Shown here in pieces: positions 9,672 to 18,627 of a DNA stretch of 64,000 bases (the first letter of the stretch is position 1; the number at the start of each line of letters is the position of its first letter). This stretch comes from an uncultured Poribacteria bacterium. GTDB lineage: Bacteria > Poribacteria > WGA-4E > WGA-3G. The position numbers and the translations under genes are program-made. The DNA lies in assembly GCA_958296135.2 (NCBI GenBank), contig CATQHZ020000001.1:4608001-4672000 (forward strand), in the 5' to 3' direction. A model generated the notes under the pieces. That model ran no database searches. It was not told where the DNA came from and saw nothing but the letters and a program-made list of their open reading frames with translations.

Positions 9672-10694
9672 TTAGTAATAGCCGAGGTATCTATCCCTAC
9701 CCTGCACCAGTGCCTCTATTTTCCTATCAACAACCGAACGTTTGAGCATCCAAAAACCGCAGTCCGGATGCACCCAACCAACCCGTCCGGGGCCCAATAC
9801 CTTTTCCGCTTTCTCGATGCTTACCGCCACCGCGTCCGGCGTTTCAACGGGGTTGACTTTTACGTCAATCACACCGATACCGAGGACAATATCCGCCGAG
9901 ACCGCTTTGAGTGCCTCCAAATCTGCCGCCGGCCGATGCTTCAACTCTAACACGAGATGATCGCACCGGAGCAGGTTCAAGAAATCGATCAGCGCGCTCC
10001 AAGTCCCTTTTTGGATAACCTGCCCGCCGTAGTTACCGAAGCAGAAATGCACCGCCTTCTGTCCGGGAAACGCGTCAAGGACGATGTTAATCGCAGCAGC
10101 GGCAAGGGGGCCATCGTGTGGATTGCCCGGTATATTCGCCTCATCAATTTGGAGGCAGGCGCATTCAAGTTCCTGCACTTGCGCCGCCAAGACTTCCGCC
10201 AAAGCGGTGAGCAACGCCTCAAAATCGCCGTAATGCTTATCCAACAAGGTGCGTGCAAGCATATAGGGACTCGTCACGGTGAACTTGATATCCTCGCCAG
10301 CGACGTTCGTCATCCGTTGACAATCCGTGACAAGGTTTAGCGTGCCCTCGCCGAGGGACGCGTGAACAACCCCCGCGGGCTTCGCGCGAAATGCCATCGT
10401 CTGCAGCTGCCGAAATTCGTGCCACTCCTGTCGGCCCACTTGTGCCCGAATGCCCTCTAACGGCCGAATAAAATAGTCTATCATCCCGTTCGTATCAGGG
10501 TGATTGACATCAAAGCGGTAGAGTTCGCCATCCGTGGGCATATCGATGCCGTGTTGCCGTTGAATATCGACGACAACGCGCGTCGCATCGATGAGTGCCT
10601 CTTCAGTCGGCATCGCCGAAAGCCACTGTGGAATCGGGTAAGAACCGACGGTTGTGGTTAAAATGTCGGGTTTTTTCTCTGTTGAATGTTTCAT
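9672..10694 (-). CDS. Cobalamin-independent methionine synthase II (MetE C-terminal-like) family protein
   Basis: TTTVGSYP, TDGE, LQIDE, Zn ligands HFC and PDCG, LGIGVIDVK. Confidence 0.85.
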   Translation of the reverse strand: MKHSTEKKPDILTTTVGSYPIPQWLSAMPTEEALIDATRVVVDIQRQHGIDMPTDGELYRFDVNHPDTNGMIDYFIRPLEGIRAQVGRQEWHEFRQLQTMAFRAKPAGVVHASLGEGTLNLVTDCQRMTNVAGEDIKFTVTSPYMLARTLLDKHYGDFEALLTALAEVLAAQVQELECACLQIDEANIPGNPHDGPLAAAAINIVLDAFPGQKAVHFCFGNYGGQVIQKGTWSALIDFLNLLRCDHLVLELKHRPAADLEALKAVSADIVLGIGVIDVKVNPVETPDAVAVSIEKAEKVLGPGRVGWVHPDCGFWMLKRSVVDRKIEALVQGRDRYLGYY

Positions 10695-10804
10695 ATCATT
10701 TGCGGCCCACGACTCAGGAAACCTTCTTTTCCCCGTAGCGCGGGGGCCTGTCCCCCGCGAGCACTCAACTAAGGTATCGCGAGGGACAAGCCCGCGCCCT
10801 ACGA

Positions 10805-11842
10805 TTAAGGTAGCGTCAGCTCAAAGGACTCCAATTCAAAAACCGTTTCGACAGTAACTTCGCCCCGGGTCTGCGCTTGTGTGAATTTGATGATACCGAC
10901 ATCCGGAGCAAGCCACTTATTCACAACAGTAATGTCAAGCGGGAAGTCCTGATTACCGATATCAAATCCCCACCGAAATGACTCTTGAACCTGAAAGACA
11001 TGCTCAAACGTTCCCGCTGGCACGCTGACTGTTTCTTCGGAAAGCACCTCAAATTCGTCAAGTCCGCCACCAATAGGAAACAGCTCGGGAGTCAATTGCG
11101 CCTCAAACTTGACATCCCATGCCTCTCCCGGAATGAGCGGAAATTGGTAGAGCGGTAGAAACGGAACAAACATAATCGTGTCTGTCGTGCCCGAAGTCGT
11201 ATTTTGCGCATGTTGGACAATCGCAACAACCTCACCCTTTTCGTCAAGTTTATTGCCGAGGTAGGTGTAGTTCACGACGTTTTCAAGCCCGTCAGCCGTG
11301 CTAGATTTCTGAAGGACAAAACTGTCGACTGTCTTCCCGCCTTCCAATTGGATTTGTATGGTATCCACGATTTCAAACGTAATTTGCGTGCCTTTCTCGT
11401 CGCGGTATCGCCAGATATTCCCAACCGCGAGAGGATAATAGTTTCCTGGGCGAACGCGCCAGACGCGTAGATCCAAGGTGCTAGTCGTTGATTTCGCGCC
11501 ATCGCTCACGGTAAGCTCAATCTGGTATTTGCGTTCCGTTTCGGGTGCCGCCCAGACTGCGCCGGTATCAGTTTCAGTTAACTCCCCTTCCGTCGCCGAC
11601 CAGGTGAACGTCAAGATATCGTTCTCGAGGTCTGCCACTTCCACACGGATAGGCACGTTCGCGCCCGGCGGCACGATATCCGATTCGGTTTCAAAAACCA
11701 GAATCCGTGGGGCGAAGTTGGTAGCGCCGCCATCATCGCCGCCGCATCCTGCAGCGATGAAGAGCGGCAGGACGCAGAAAAGCAGTGGTAACCAGCGATA
11801 ACCGATTTCGGGACCGGAGAGCCCTCCTACATCACGATGCAT
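10805..11842 (-). CDS. Lipoprotein with Ig/PKD-like domain and DUF3108-like beta domain
   Basis: Lipobox IAAGC, LTFTWSATEG, YYPLAVGNIWRY and ETVSVPAGTF...WLAPDVGIIK. Start uncertain. Confidence 0.7.
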   Translation of the reverse strand: MHRDVGGLSGPEIGYRWLPLLFCVLPLFIAAGCGGDDGGATNFAPRILVFETESDIVPPGANVPIRVEVADLENDILTFTWSATEGELTETDTGAVWAAPETERKYQIELTVSDGAKSTTSTLDLRVWRVRPGNYYPLAVGNIWRYRDEKGTQITFEIVDTIQIQLEGGKTVDSFVLQKSSTADGLENVVNYTYLGNKLDEKGEVVAIVQHAQNTTSGTTDTIMFVPFLPLYQFPLIPGEAWDVKFEAQLTPELFPIGGGLDEFEVLSEETVSVPAGTFEHVFQVQESFRWGFDIGNQDFPLDITVVNKWLAPDVGIIKFTQAQTRGEVTVETVFELESFELTLP

Positions 11843-12572
11843 CGGGTTTTCCTCGTAACACCTCACGCGAGCGCGCCGCGCCGTTACCAGTGACGTTGTA
11901 GGCGAACGTGTTCATCAGCCGGTCGCGCTGCGAGTCGTTCGGCGCAGACCCGTGGATGATCAGCGCGTTAAAAAACACGCCGTCTCCGGGCTCCATTTCC
12001 ACGGCGACAGCGTCTTCGCGTTCGTGATAGTGCCCGGGGAGGAACACGCCGAATGTCTGCTGCTTCCGCTCATGCTCTTGCAGCCCCCATCTATGGCTGC
12101 CGGGGACAAATTGGATGCACCCGTTCCCCAAATTCGCCTCGCTGATGGCGAGTTGGCAGTTAATCATGACAGGCTTGTTGTCATCATTTTTCCAATAGGC
12201 GTAATCCTGATGCCACGGGATAGCCGTGCCATCGCCGCCCGCCTTCGGAAGCAACTTGCTATGGAAGAGCGAAATATCCGGCCCCATCATCGCCTCCAAG
12301 CAGTCAAGCACCGCGTTGGAACGAAGCAGTTTATTGAGCGTGGGGCTCACGAGTTCGCTGTGCATCAGCTGCTTAATCCGCGGCGGATGGTCTGCCGTAT
12401 CGTAGACTTCCCACGAAATGCCGATACCGTCGGCGGGAGTTTTCGCCATGCGGTTATGAATGTCTTCAACCTCCACCTGAATCCGCGCAATGTCTTCGGC
12501 CGAGACAAGCCCTTTTTTCAGGAGGTAGCCATTTTCCTCATAAAATTGCTGTTCTGTGGCTGTAATTCCCAT
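11832..12572 (-). CDS. Phytanoyl-CoA dioxygenase (PhyH) family Fe(II)/2OG oxygenase
   Basis: WHQD, NGCIQFVPGSH and HGSAPN..R motifs. Confidence 0.92.
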   Translation of the reverse strand: MGITATEQQFYEENGYLLKKGLVSAEDIARIQVEVEDIHNRMAKTPADGIGISWEVYDTADHPPRIKQLMHSELVSPTLNKLLRSNAVLDCLEAMMGPDISLFHSKLLPKAGGDGTAIPWHQDYAYWKNDDNKPVMINCQLAISEANLGNGCIQFVPGSHRWGLQEHERKQQTFGVFLPGHYHEREDAVAVEMEPGDGVFFNALIIHGSAPNDSQRDRLMNTFAYNVTGNGAARSREVLRGKPDAS

Positions 12573-12612
12573 GTTGTCGCTGAGCTCCTTTCTATGATTA
12601 TGGACAAGATAT

Positions 12613-12641
12613 ATTATATAGCATTTTCAGCGAAATGTCAA
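12613..12641 (-). promoter_or_regulatory. sigma70 promoter of the phyH-like operon
   Basis: TTGACA-N17-TATAAT on the minus strand, about 40 nt upstream of ATG 12572. Confidence 0.8.
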
Positions 12642-12677
12642 GGGTATTTTTCCTCAAACGAAATCACCGCCCACGAA

Positions 12678-12915
12678 CCGTAGCGCGAAGGCTTGTCTCT
12701 CGCAATCCCTCAACTGAGACGAAATCACCACCCGCGAATCGTAGCGCGAGGGCCTGTCCCTCGCGTTCATTCAATCCTAACTCAAACCGTAGCGCGAGGG
12801 CCTGTCCCTCGCGTGCATACTGAGACGAAATATCCACCGCGAACCGTAGCGCGAGGGCCTGTCCCTCGCGTTCGTGCCATCCGGCATGGCGGGGGACAGG
12901 CCCCTGCCCTACGGT
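12678..12915. repeat. Cluster of GTAG-type REP palindromes (ccgtagcgcgagggcctgtccctcgc)
   Basis: Four direct copies plus one inverted copy. The same family recurs near 8238, 9580, 9625, 10734, 21415, 30505, 31363, 42095, 51025 and 60455. Confidence 0.85.
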
Positions 12916-13036
12916 GTCATAACAGAAAAAGAAATAGGCGATTGAAGCGCGCCCGAAGGACGCACCTCAACCGCCTAAATCATAAAGGTTTGCGTAGGAG
13001 CACGGATGAAAACCTGTCCTTCGCCGCGATGAAAGG

Positions 13037-13105
13037 TTACGTGCGAATCAATATCTTGCCTGTCGCCGTTGCCAACCGGTACGGAATCCACGTTTCGGGT
13101 TGAAC
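13037..13105 (-). pseudogene. Internally deleted relic of a FlgD/CTD domain
   Basis: Minus strand reads (FN)PETWIPYRLATATGKILIRT*. This matches both ends of the CTD of 15397..17010 with the middle missing and one C lost. Confidence 0.7.
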
Positions 13106-13153
13106 AGACAGATTCAGAGATCTGCCCTTACAAACCGAATATGATTACCAAAG

Positions 13154-13999
13154 CTATTGACCCGAGGTTACCCGGAAATAGTCAAACGAGACTGTGAGTC
13201 TACCGGGAGCTTCGTATTGGCAGATACCAAGGTAGAGCCCGACTTCTAGCGGCCCCTGGAGCACCACGGTTGTGCTACCGAGAGAAATCCACTCACCCTC
13301 TGCATTCGGCTTATACCAGGCCTCATATTCGTCGCCGTTCCGCGACAAACGCATCTTGATTGGGATATTTCCTTGTGGCGGATTGTAGTTTGGGGCAGCT
13401 CCCACAACCGGTCGCAAACGATGTTGATATTGGAGAAACGCTGTCTGCGGGGTACCCCGGCCACGGATTGGTTCACCTTCAAAAATATCCTGGACGTTGC
13501 CATTTTCGTCTGCAACACCATGTCCCCATATCTTCAGGAGCACCCATTCACCATCACGCCCAAAGGCATCCTTTGTTGTTGGTGAATAGATGACGAGCCC
13601 TGCGATTGAACACACATCTTCGTGATCGAAAACCAGCGAGGTTTCCACGGTAAACTCGTCCTCGTCGGTTACCTGATAGAACCGTGTCGCGTTACTGTAA
13701 CTCCATAAATTTTGATTGAAGGCCCCCTCAACGACAAGATGTCCATCTCTCAACTCATAGGGGCTTTCATCACCGTTATAGACCTGCCAAAACGGTTGAA
13801 TCTGGCCGCTGCCATCAAATTCGTCGCTCCGCAGCATCATTGGCGACGGATCCGCACTCACCTCCGCGGGAGTTCCGATACCTAATGAATCGGGAGATGC
13901 GTCGGTAGGAGGTGCTAACATGCTCGGTGTCTGATCACATCCAGCGAAGGAAAGCACAGCCCCAATTAAAATGACAATAACTAACGTTGATTTTAGCAT
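13154..13999 (-). CDS. ConA-like/DUF1349-like lectin-fold lipoprotein
   Basis: Lipobox LSFAGC; paralogous to 29648..30418 and 30556..31350 (RDGEWVxxKxWG, GPLEVGLYLGIC, FDYFR). Confidence 0.75.
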   Translation of the reverse strand: MLKSTLVIVILIGAVLSFAGCDQTPSMLAPPTDASPDSLGIGTPAEVSADPSPMMLRSDEFDGSGQIQPFWQVYNGDESPYELRDGHLVVEGAFNQNLWSYSNATRFYQVTDEDEFTVETSLVFDHEDVCSIAGLVIYSPTTKDAFGRDGEWVLLKIWGHGVADENGNVQDIFEGEPIRGRGTPQTAFLQYQHRLRPVVGAAPNYNPPQGNIPIKMRLSRNGDEYEAWYKPNAEGEWISLGSTTVVLQGPLEVGLYLGICQYEAPGRLTVSFDYFRVTSGQ

Positions 14000-14347
14000 G
14001 TTGACTTCCTTTTCCATAGAGGCCGATAGGCGCGCTTTGGCATCGCGCACGAACTATCAAATGCAGCCGTCAGCATTACGAATAATTTGCGTAAATTGTT
14101 CGTGTGAAGTTGTGAAGTATTTGAAACACTACGATAGATCGACAACCGCAATGCCTCTTTTCAAAACGAAAATAAATAATAAACATTCAATGGAAGATGC
14201 AGGGACAAGTTTAAAACCTGCCCCTACCAATCAACCGATACCAACGTCCTGTCTGTCGTTCGGGCTCGCTGAAGTCCACAATCGGCGAGATTCGGCGAGC
14301 GCGCCCGAAGGACGCACATCAACCGCCTCACTCATGGAGTTATGGTC

Positions 14348-15322
14348 TTAAGGGGTAACAGCCCTCACACAACGGAAACCAAATATGCTACTCGTGAGCA
14401 TAGGCGTATAGAATTCGCGAGAGGCGACGCGCACGCCATCCGCTTGAGAGTTCCAAGACCCGCCGCGCAAGACGCGGGCGGATTTAACACTTTGAAAGTT
14501 ATCTTGTATCCATTTGATCGTAGGTGCCCCAGAGAGCGGATTCCGGTCAGGAGAATCAGCGTAGAAATCGAAACGCCATTCGTCAAGACACCATTCCCAC
14601 ACGTTCCCCGCCATGTCGTATAATCCATAGTCGTTCGGCGCATACCGCCCAACCTCTGTCGCTTCACCAACATGCGGGTAGTAATTGGCATTCTGGGGGG
14701 AAATCGTGTTACCCCACGGATACTTTTTGCCCTTCAGCCTACCGCGGGCAGCGTATTCCCACTCTGCCTCCGTTGGAAGCCGTTTATTTGCCCATGCCGC
14801 ATACTCCATAGCTGCATACCAACTCACATACACTACCGGATAGTTGGCTTTCCCAATAGGATAGGTATTGCCATTCCAATCGTTGAGGTACTGGCCACCG
14901 TGGAATTTCGCCTGAATGTTCCCTTTTTGCCACTGCGAATTCTCATCGATAAACGCCTTATACTCGGCATACGTCACCTCGTGTACATCCATGTAGAACG
15001 CATCCACGTAGACGGTATGCACCGGCTTTTCATCGTCGTCTGCATCTGCATCGATGCTGCCCATCTGGAATTCTCCGGCGGGAATGAGCACCATGTCTCC
15101 GCGCGTGGGTGGTGCCACGGGTGGCATCGTTGTGTCCACGCTGCTCTCCGGGGATACCACGGGTGGCATCGTTGTGTCCACGCTGCTCTGTTGTCCCTCG
15201 GATGGGGGCATTGTGTCTCCACCGCCCTTACCGGGAAGCATCTCGCTTGTCCTCCTACAGCCATCCACAGCCATTACAAAGGCGACTACTACTAAAATGA
15301 GAAGCGTTTTTATTTTTTTCAT
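14348..15322 (-). CDS. FGE-sulfatase (SUMF1/PvdO-like) domain lipoprotein, lacking the catalytic Cys pair
   Basis: IPAGEFQMG, RLPTEAEWEYAARG, GLYDMAGNVWEW, RGGSW, GFRCV; linker repeat SSVDTTMPPV occurs twice. Confidence 0.88.
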   Translation of the reverse strand: MKKIKTLLILVVVAFVMAVDGCRRTSEMLPGKGGGDTMPPSEGQQSSVDTTMPPVVSPESSVDTTMPPVAPPTRGDMVLIPAGEFQMGSIDADADDDEKPVHTVYVDAFYMDVHEVTYAEYKAFIDENSQWQKGNIQAKFHGGQYLNDWNGNTYPIGKANYPVVYVSWYAAMEYAAWANKRLPTEAEWEYAARGRLKGKKYPWGNTISPQNANYYPHVGEATEVGRYAPNDYGLYDMAGNVWEWCLDEWRFDFYADSPDRNPLSGAPTIKWIQDNFQSVKSARVLRGGSWNSQADGVRVASREFYTPMLTSSIFGFRCVRAVTP

Positions 15323-15396
15323 ACTAAACTCCCTGGGGTGAAAACTTGGATAGCAAAATGTAGGGGCAAGTTCAAAACCTACCCCTACAAATCAAT

Positions 15397-17010
15397 TTAC
15401 TTCCTGACAAGCATCTTGCCCGTCGCCGAGAAATCACCCGCGGTGAGCGTGTAGAAATACACGCCGCTGGCGACGCGCTCGCCGAGGTCGTTCCGGCCAT
15501 CCCAATACGCGGCCTGGCTCTTGCTCTGATAGACACCAGCCGCCTGATGTCCTAACGCCAGAGTGCGAACCAAGGTGCCATTCACAGCGTAGATGGACAC
15601 CGTGACATCCGTGGCTTTCGCCAACTGATACGGAATCCACGTTTCGGGGTTGAACGGATTCGGATAGTTCAGCAGCAACTGCGTCTCTTCCGGCACCATT
15701 GCCTGCAACAGCCGTTCAAGATTCGCGATGCCGAGGTCGAAAATGGCTGCCCCGTCGTCCTCAACCTGCGCCAGGTCGATCCACGACTGAATCGTTTCAG
15801 GCGTGAAGTCTGTCTGTTCTCTAACGCTTGCGGACAGCGGCGCGGTTCCTACCTGATCGTTCGCCCCCCTAACCTCAACGGGTGCCACTGCCTTTCCCCA
15901 GTTTGGATGTCGGGAGATCAAGATGAGATCCAGCGTATTGACAATCCCATCGTTATTGACGTCAGCGCGCGGATCCGCGGGAACTTCACCAAGTTCTGCG
16001 GCTATCACGACCAGATCCATAACATCCACCAGTCCATCCCGATTGACATCCTCTCGGGGATACTGGTGTGTCGCAACCACCGGGTTGCTGATAATATGGT
16101 AGGATATCCGGTTATGTTTTGGTCGGCTTGAAGCCTGGTCGAAAACCAGTTCAGGCACTGTCAGCCGGCCGGCATTACTGATATGAGCGGAATTACTGAG
16201 TTGCACATTATGCAGCCCCAATGCTTCCTCCGCAAATTGCTTGATCTTGAAATCGATCTGCAGCAATTCGCCAGAGCCATTGACACCGTCCACGGGATCG
16301 GTGAGGACAGTAGCACCATCGGCATCCACAGTCCTGCCAACACGCGCTTGCCAGATACCGGAGATTTTGCCTGCACTCATGGTACCGGACTGAAACGCGG
16401 CATCTACGTCACCGAGTGCCAGAAAATCACCTTCTCTGACTTCAACGGCCTCTAGCACCACCGGATTGTAGGCAATATCCATCTGCCAGCCGGCTAAATC
16501 TGTCACATATTTGATCCCGATCGAGTATGTGAAGGTATCGCCGACAGCGAGAGGGAGGTCCTCAACCTTCGGAGTCGCAACAATGCGGGTTATTTCCACC
16601 TCTTCGCCCACCTGAAAAGCATGGACGTAGAGAGCATCAAGTGTCGTTGCATCTGCTTCGATTCCAATGCGTCCTGCCACATGGAAAGTCACATTGGTGT
16701 GTATTTTCCCAAAACGATCGGTGACTCCGCTTTTTGGATCGACTGATGCAACCGTAGGATCCGGCTGTATGACGCGATTGTTACTGTCCACAAAACCGAG
16801 AACCCGAAATGTGACAGTTTCGCCCGCCTGCACAGCACCGTCGCGTCTGAGGGTAATGGTGAGCGGCGTTGTATCACCTACCTGATACTTTTTTTGAACC
16901 CGTTCAACCTCAGTTTCCGCTTCAAACGTAATTTGCGCAGCGGCGTTCCCCGTAAGCATCAAGACAAACCCGATGCATACAAGCGTCAGTAAAATTGAAA
17001 ACGTTTTCAT
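15397..17010 (-). CDS. Secreted Big-1 + cohesin + dockerin + FlgD/CTD protein
   Basis: Signal peptide; cohesin-like VGDTFT..DLAGWQMDIAYNPVVLEAVEVREGDFL; dockerin EDVNRDGLVDVMDL/ADVNNDGIVNTLDL; CTD NYPNPFNPETWIPYQL. Confidence 0.85.
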   Translation of the reverse strand: MKTFSILLTLVCIGFVLMLTGNAAAQITFEAETEVERVQKKYQVGDTTPLTITLRRDGAVQAGETVTFRVLGFVDSNNRVIQPDPTVASVDPKSGVTDRFGKIHTNVTFHVAGRIGIEADATTLDALYVHAFQVGEEVEITRIVATPKVEDLPLAVGDTFTYSIGIKYVTDLAGWQMDIAYNPVVLEAVEVREGDFLALGDVDAAFQSGTMSAGKISGIWQARVGRTVDADGATVLTDPVDGVNGSGELLQIDFKIKQFAEEALGLHNVQLSNSAHISNAGRLTVPELVFDQASSRPKHNRISYHIISNPVVATHQYPREDVNRDGLVDVMDLVVIAAELGEVPADPRADVNNDGIVNTLDLILISRHPNWGKAVAPVEVRGANDQVGTAPLSASVREQTDFTPETIQSWIDLAQVEDDGAAIFDLGIANLERLLQAMVPEETQLLLNYPNPFNPETWIPYQLAKATDVTVSIYAVNGTLVRTLALGHQAAGVYQSKSQAAYWDGRNDLGERVASGVYFYTLTAGDFSATGKMLVRK

Positions 17011-17095
17011 TACAATCTCCTATTCGTTAAATGAGCGAAAAATTCTTCAACCGAAAAACCTTTCACCTTTATAGATAAGCACCCCATCAACAATC

Positions 17096-17555
17096 CGAAG
17101 ATTTTTGATGAGATTCCACAAATTCCAAACCGACCGGAGCCCGTTCGGAAATCTTCGTCAAACCCTGCTGCCGTTGCAGCGGGCGCGAGGCACGATTGAA
17201 CCCACGCGGGTTTTCGCGTCCTCGATGCCTCGTCGTGAGGCAAACAGCGGGGCGCGCCCCGCATTCCGTAGGCAGGCAAGTTGCCTGCTGTTCGGTTCGA
17301 TTAAATCTCCCTGCCTCGCGGTAACAGCGCAACCACGAACACGTCAAGACGCAAGCAGGCTGTCCCCTGACAGACGTAGGATGCAGTGAGGGGCCAAGTG
17401 CTTCGTCCGCGCACATTTTCAACTGAGGTGTTAACGTAGTTCGTTTGATTCATCAGTATCGCCGTCGCCCGTTTGGAGCGTTCAAACTTCGTAGTAGCGT
17501 CCAATAGATTCTGTTAGGCTGGTGACGAAGGGCACTCCCTGCACCGAGCCTGACG
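17096..17555. ncRNA. Candidate long structured RNA (5' leader of the cohesin gene, or an antisense RNA)
   Basis: Nested stems 17184-17192/17312-17320 and 17194-17202/17294-17302 enclose four hairpins; further hairpins flank them. No convincing ORF. Confidence 0.5.
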
Positions 17556-17564
17556 ATTTTCTAA

Positions 17565-18026
17565 ATGATAACCGATTTAACCATTTTTGTCAAGGCTGTT
17601 ATGAAATGATTTCTACTATGGTAACCGATTTGCATTATTTTATCAAGCCGTTTTCTGAAAACCCGCAAAGTGGGCGCGACTTCAAAAACGACAACTGCAT
17701 CATTCAATACGTTAATTATACACGATTTTGCATTATTTGTCAAATTAAAATGCAAAAACGCGTAGTTTTCCATTATGGTAACCGATTTTCACATTTTTGT
17801 CAAGGCCATTTTTCAAACCTCGCGCAGCGGGCGCGGCTCCGAAAAAGGCAGCGTTACCAATTAACGTCTTTAATTGTACACGATTTTTCAAAATGTACCA
17901 AATTAAAATGTCAGAAAAATGAGAACATGCCTCAATTTCTTGAAATGTTAACACAACGTGCCGCTAGATGCCAAATCGATTGACTTTGCTGCGATTAATT
18001 ATACACAAATTATCAAAATGTGTCAA
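17565..18026 (-). promoter_or_regulatory. Array of six tandem sigma70-like promoters
   Basis: Six -35/-10 pairs, each with a 17-nt spacer: 17565-17593, 17618-17646, 17715-17743, 17775-17803, 17873-17901, 17998-18026. Confidence 0.8.
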
Positions 18027-18161
18027 CTCTTTTTGTGAAAAAAATAGAGCCGTTTCGTTTTTCCATCGGTATCGTTTTGGTTTTTGCAGCAATCTGTGCA
18101 GAGCGAGGGACAGGTTTTCCTCGTCCCACGGAAACAGCACAGATGTCTTCAAAAAAATTTG

Positions 18162-18190
18162 TTGACCTGCATCACGAAATTTGCTATAAT
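18162..18190 (+). promoter_or_regulatory. sigma70 promoter of the MazG-like gene
   Basis: TTGACC-N17-TATAAT with an extended -10 TG. Confidence 0.75.
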
Positions 18191-18222
18191 GACAGAAAAT
18201 GCCATACATCGGAGAACATCTC

Positions 18223-18561
18223 ATGGACTACACACTCCAAAACTGTCAAAAACTCGTTGACGACTGGATTCACGACATCGGCATCCGCTACTTCTCGGAA
18301 CTGACCAACACGGCGATTCTGATGGAGGAAGTCGGGGAACTCGCACGGCTCATGGCACGCCAATACGGTGAGCAGAGCTTCAAGGAAAACGAACGCAACC
18401 GCGACCTCGGAGAGGAAATGGCGGACATCCTCTTCGTGCTTCTCTGCTTGGCGAACCAAACCGGCGTAGACCTCGAGGCGGCTTTCAAGCAGTCAATTGA
18501 GAAGAAGACGCGGCGCGACACCGAACGCCACCAAAGCAACGTGAAATTGAGAGAGTTGTAG
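18223..18561 (+). CDS. MazG-like nucleotide pyrophosphohydrolase (YpjD-like)
   Basis: YFSELTNTAILMEEVGELAR..YGEQSFK..EEMADILFVL.CLANQTGVDL. Confidence 0.92.
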   Translation: MDYTLQNCQKLVDDWIHDIGIRYFSELTNTAILMEEVGELARLMARQYGEQSFKENERNRDLGEEMADILFVLLCLANQTGVDLEAAFKQSIEKKTRRDTERHQSNVKLREL

Positions 18562-18627
18562 GCGCGACCTCCCGGTCGCGAAACCGTAGGAGCAACCTCC
18601 CGGTCGCGCCTACCGAGGATTCAAACA

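Noticed and set aside
12678-12915. Repeat cluster as a CRISPR array
   Set aside because: Spacers are of uneven length and resemble each other, the repeat is dispersed throughout the window, and there are no cas genes. It is a REP cluster.
12693-13103. ORF with VARGPVPR repeats
   Set aside because: It is just the translation of REP copies.
17415-17460. Hammerhead ribozyme (CTGATGA...GAAA on the minus strand)
   Set aside because: I could not form stems I-III around the core.
17522-18304. Several ORFs in the AT-rich intergenic region
   Set aside because: No RBS or protein-like composition; the region is explained by the promoter array.
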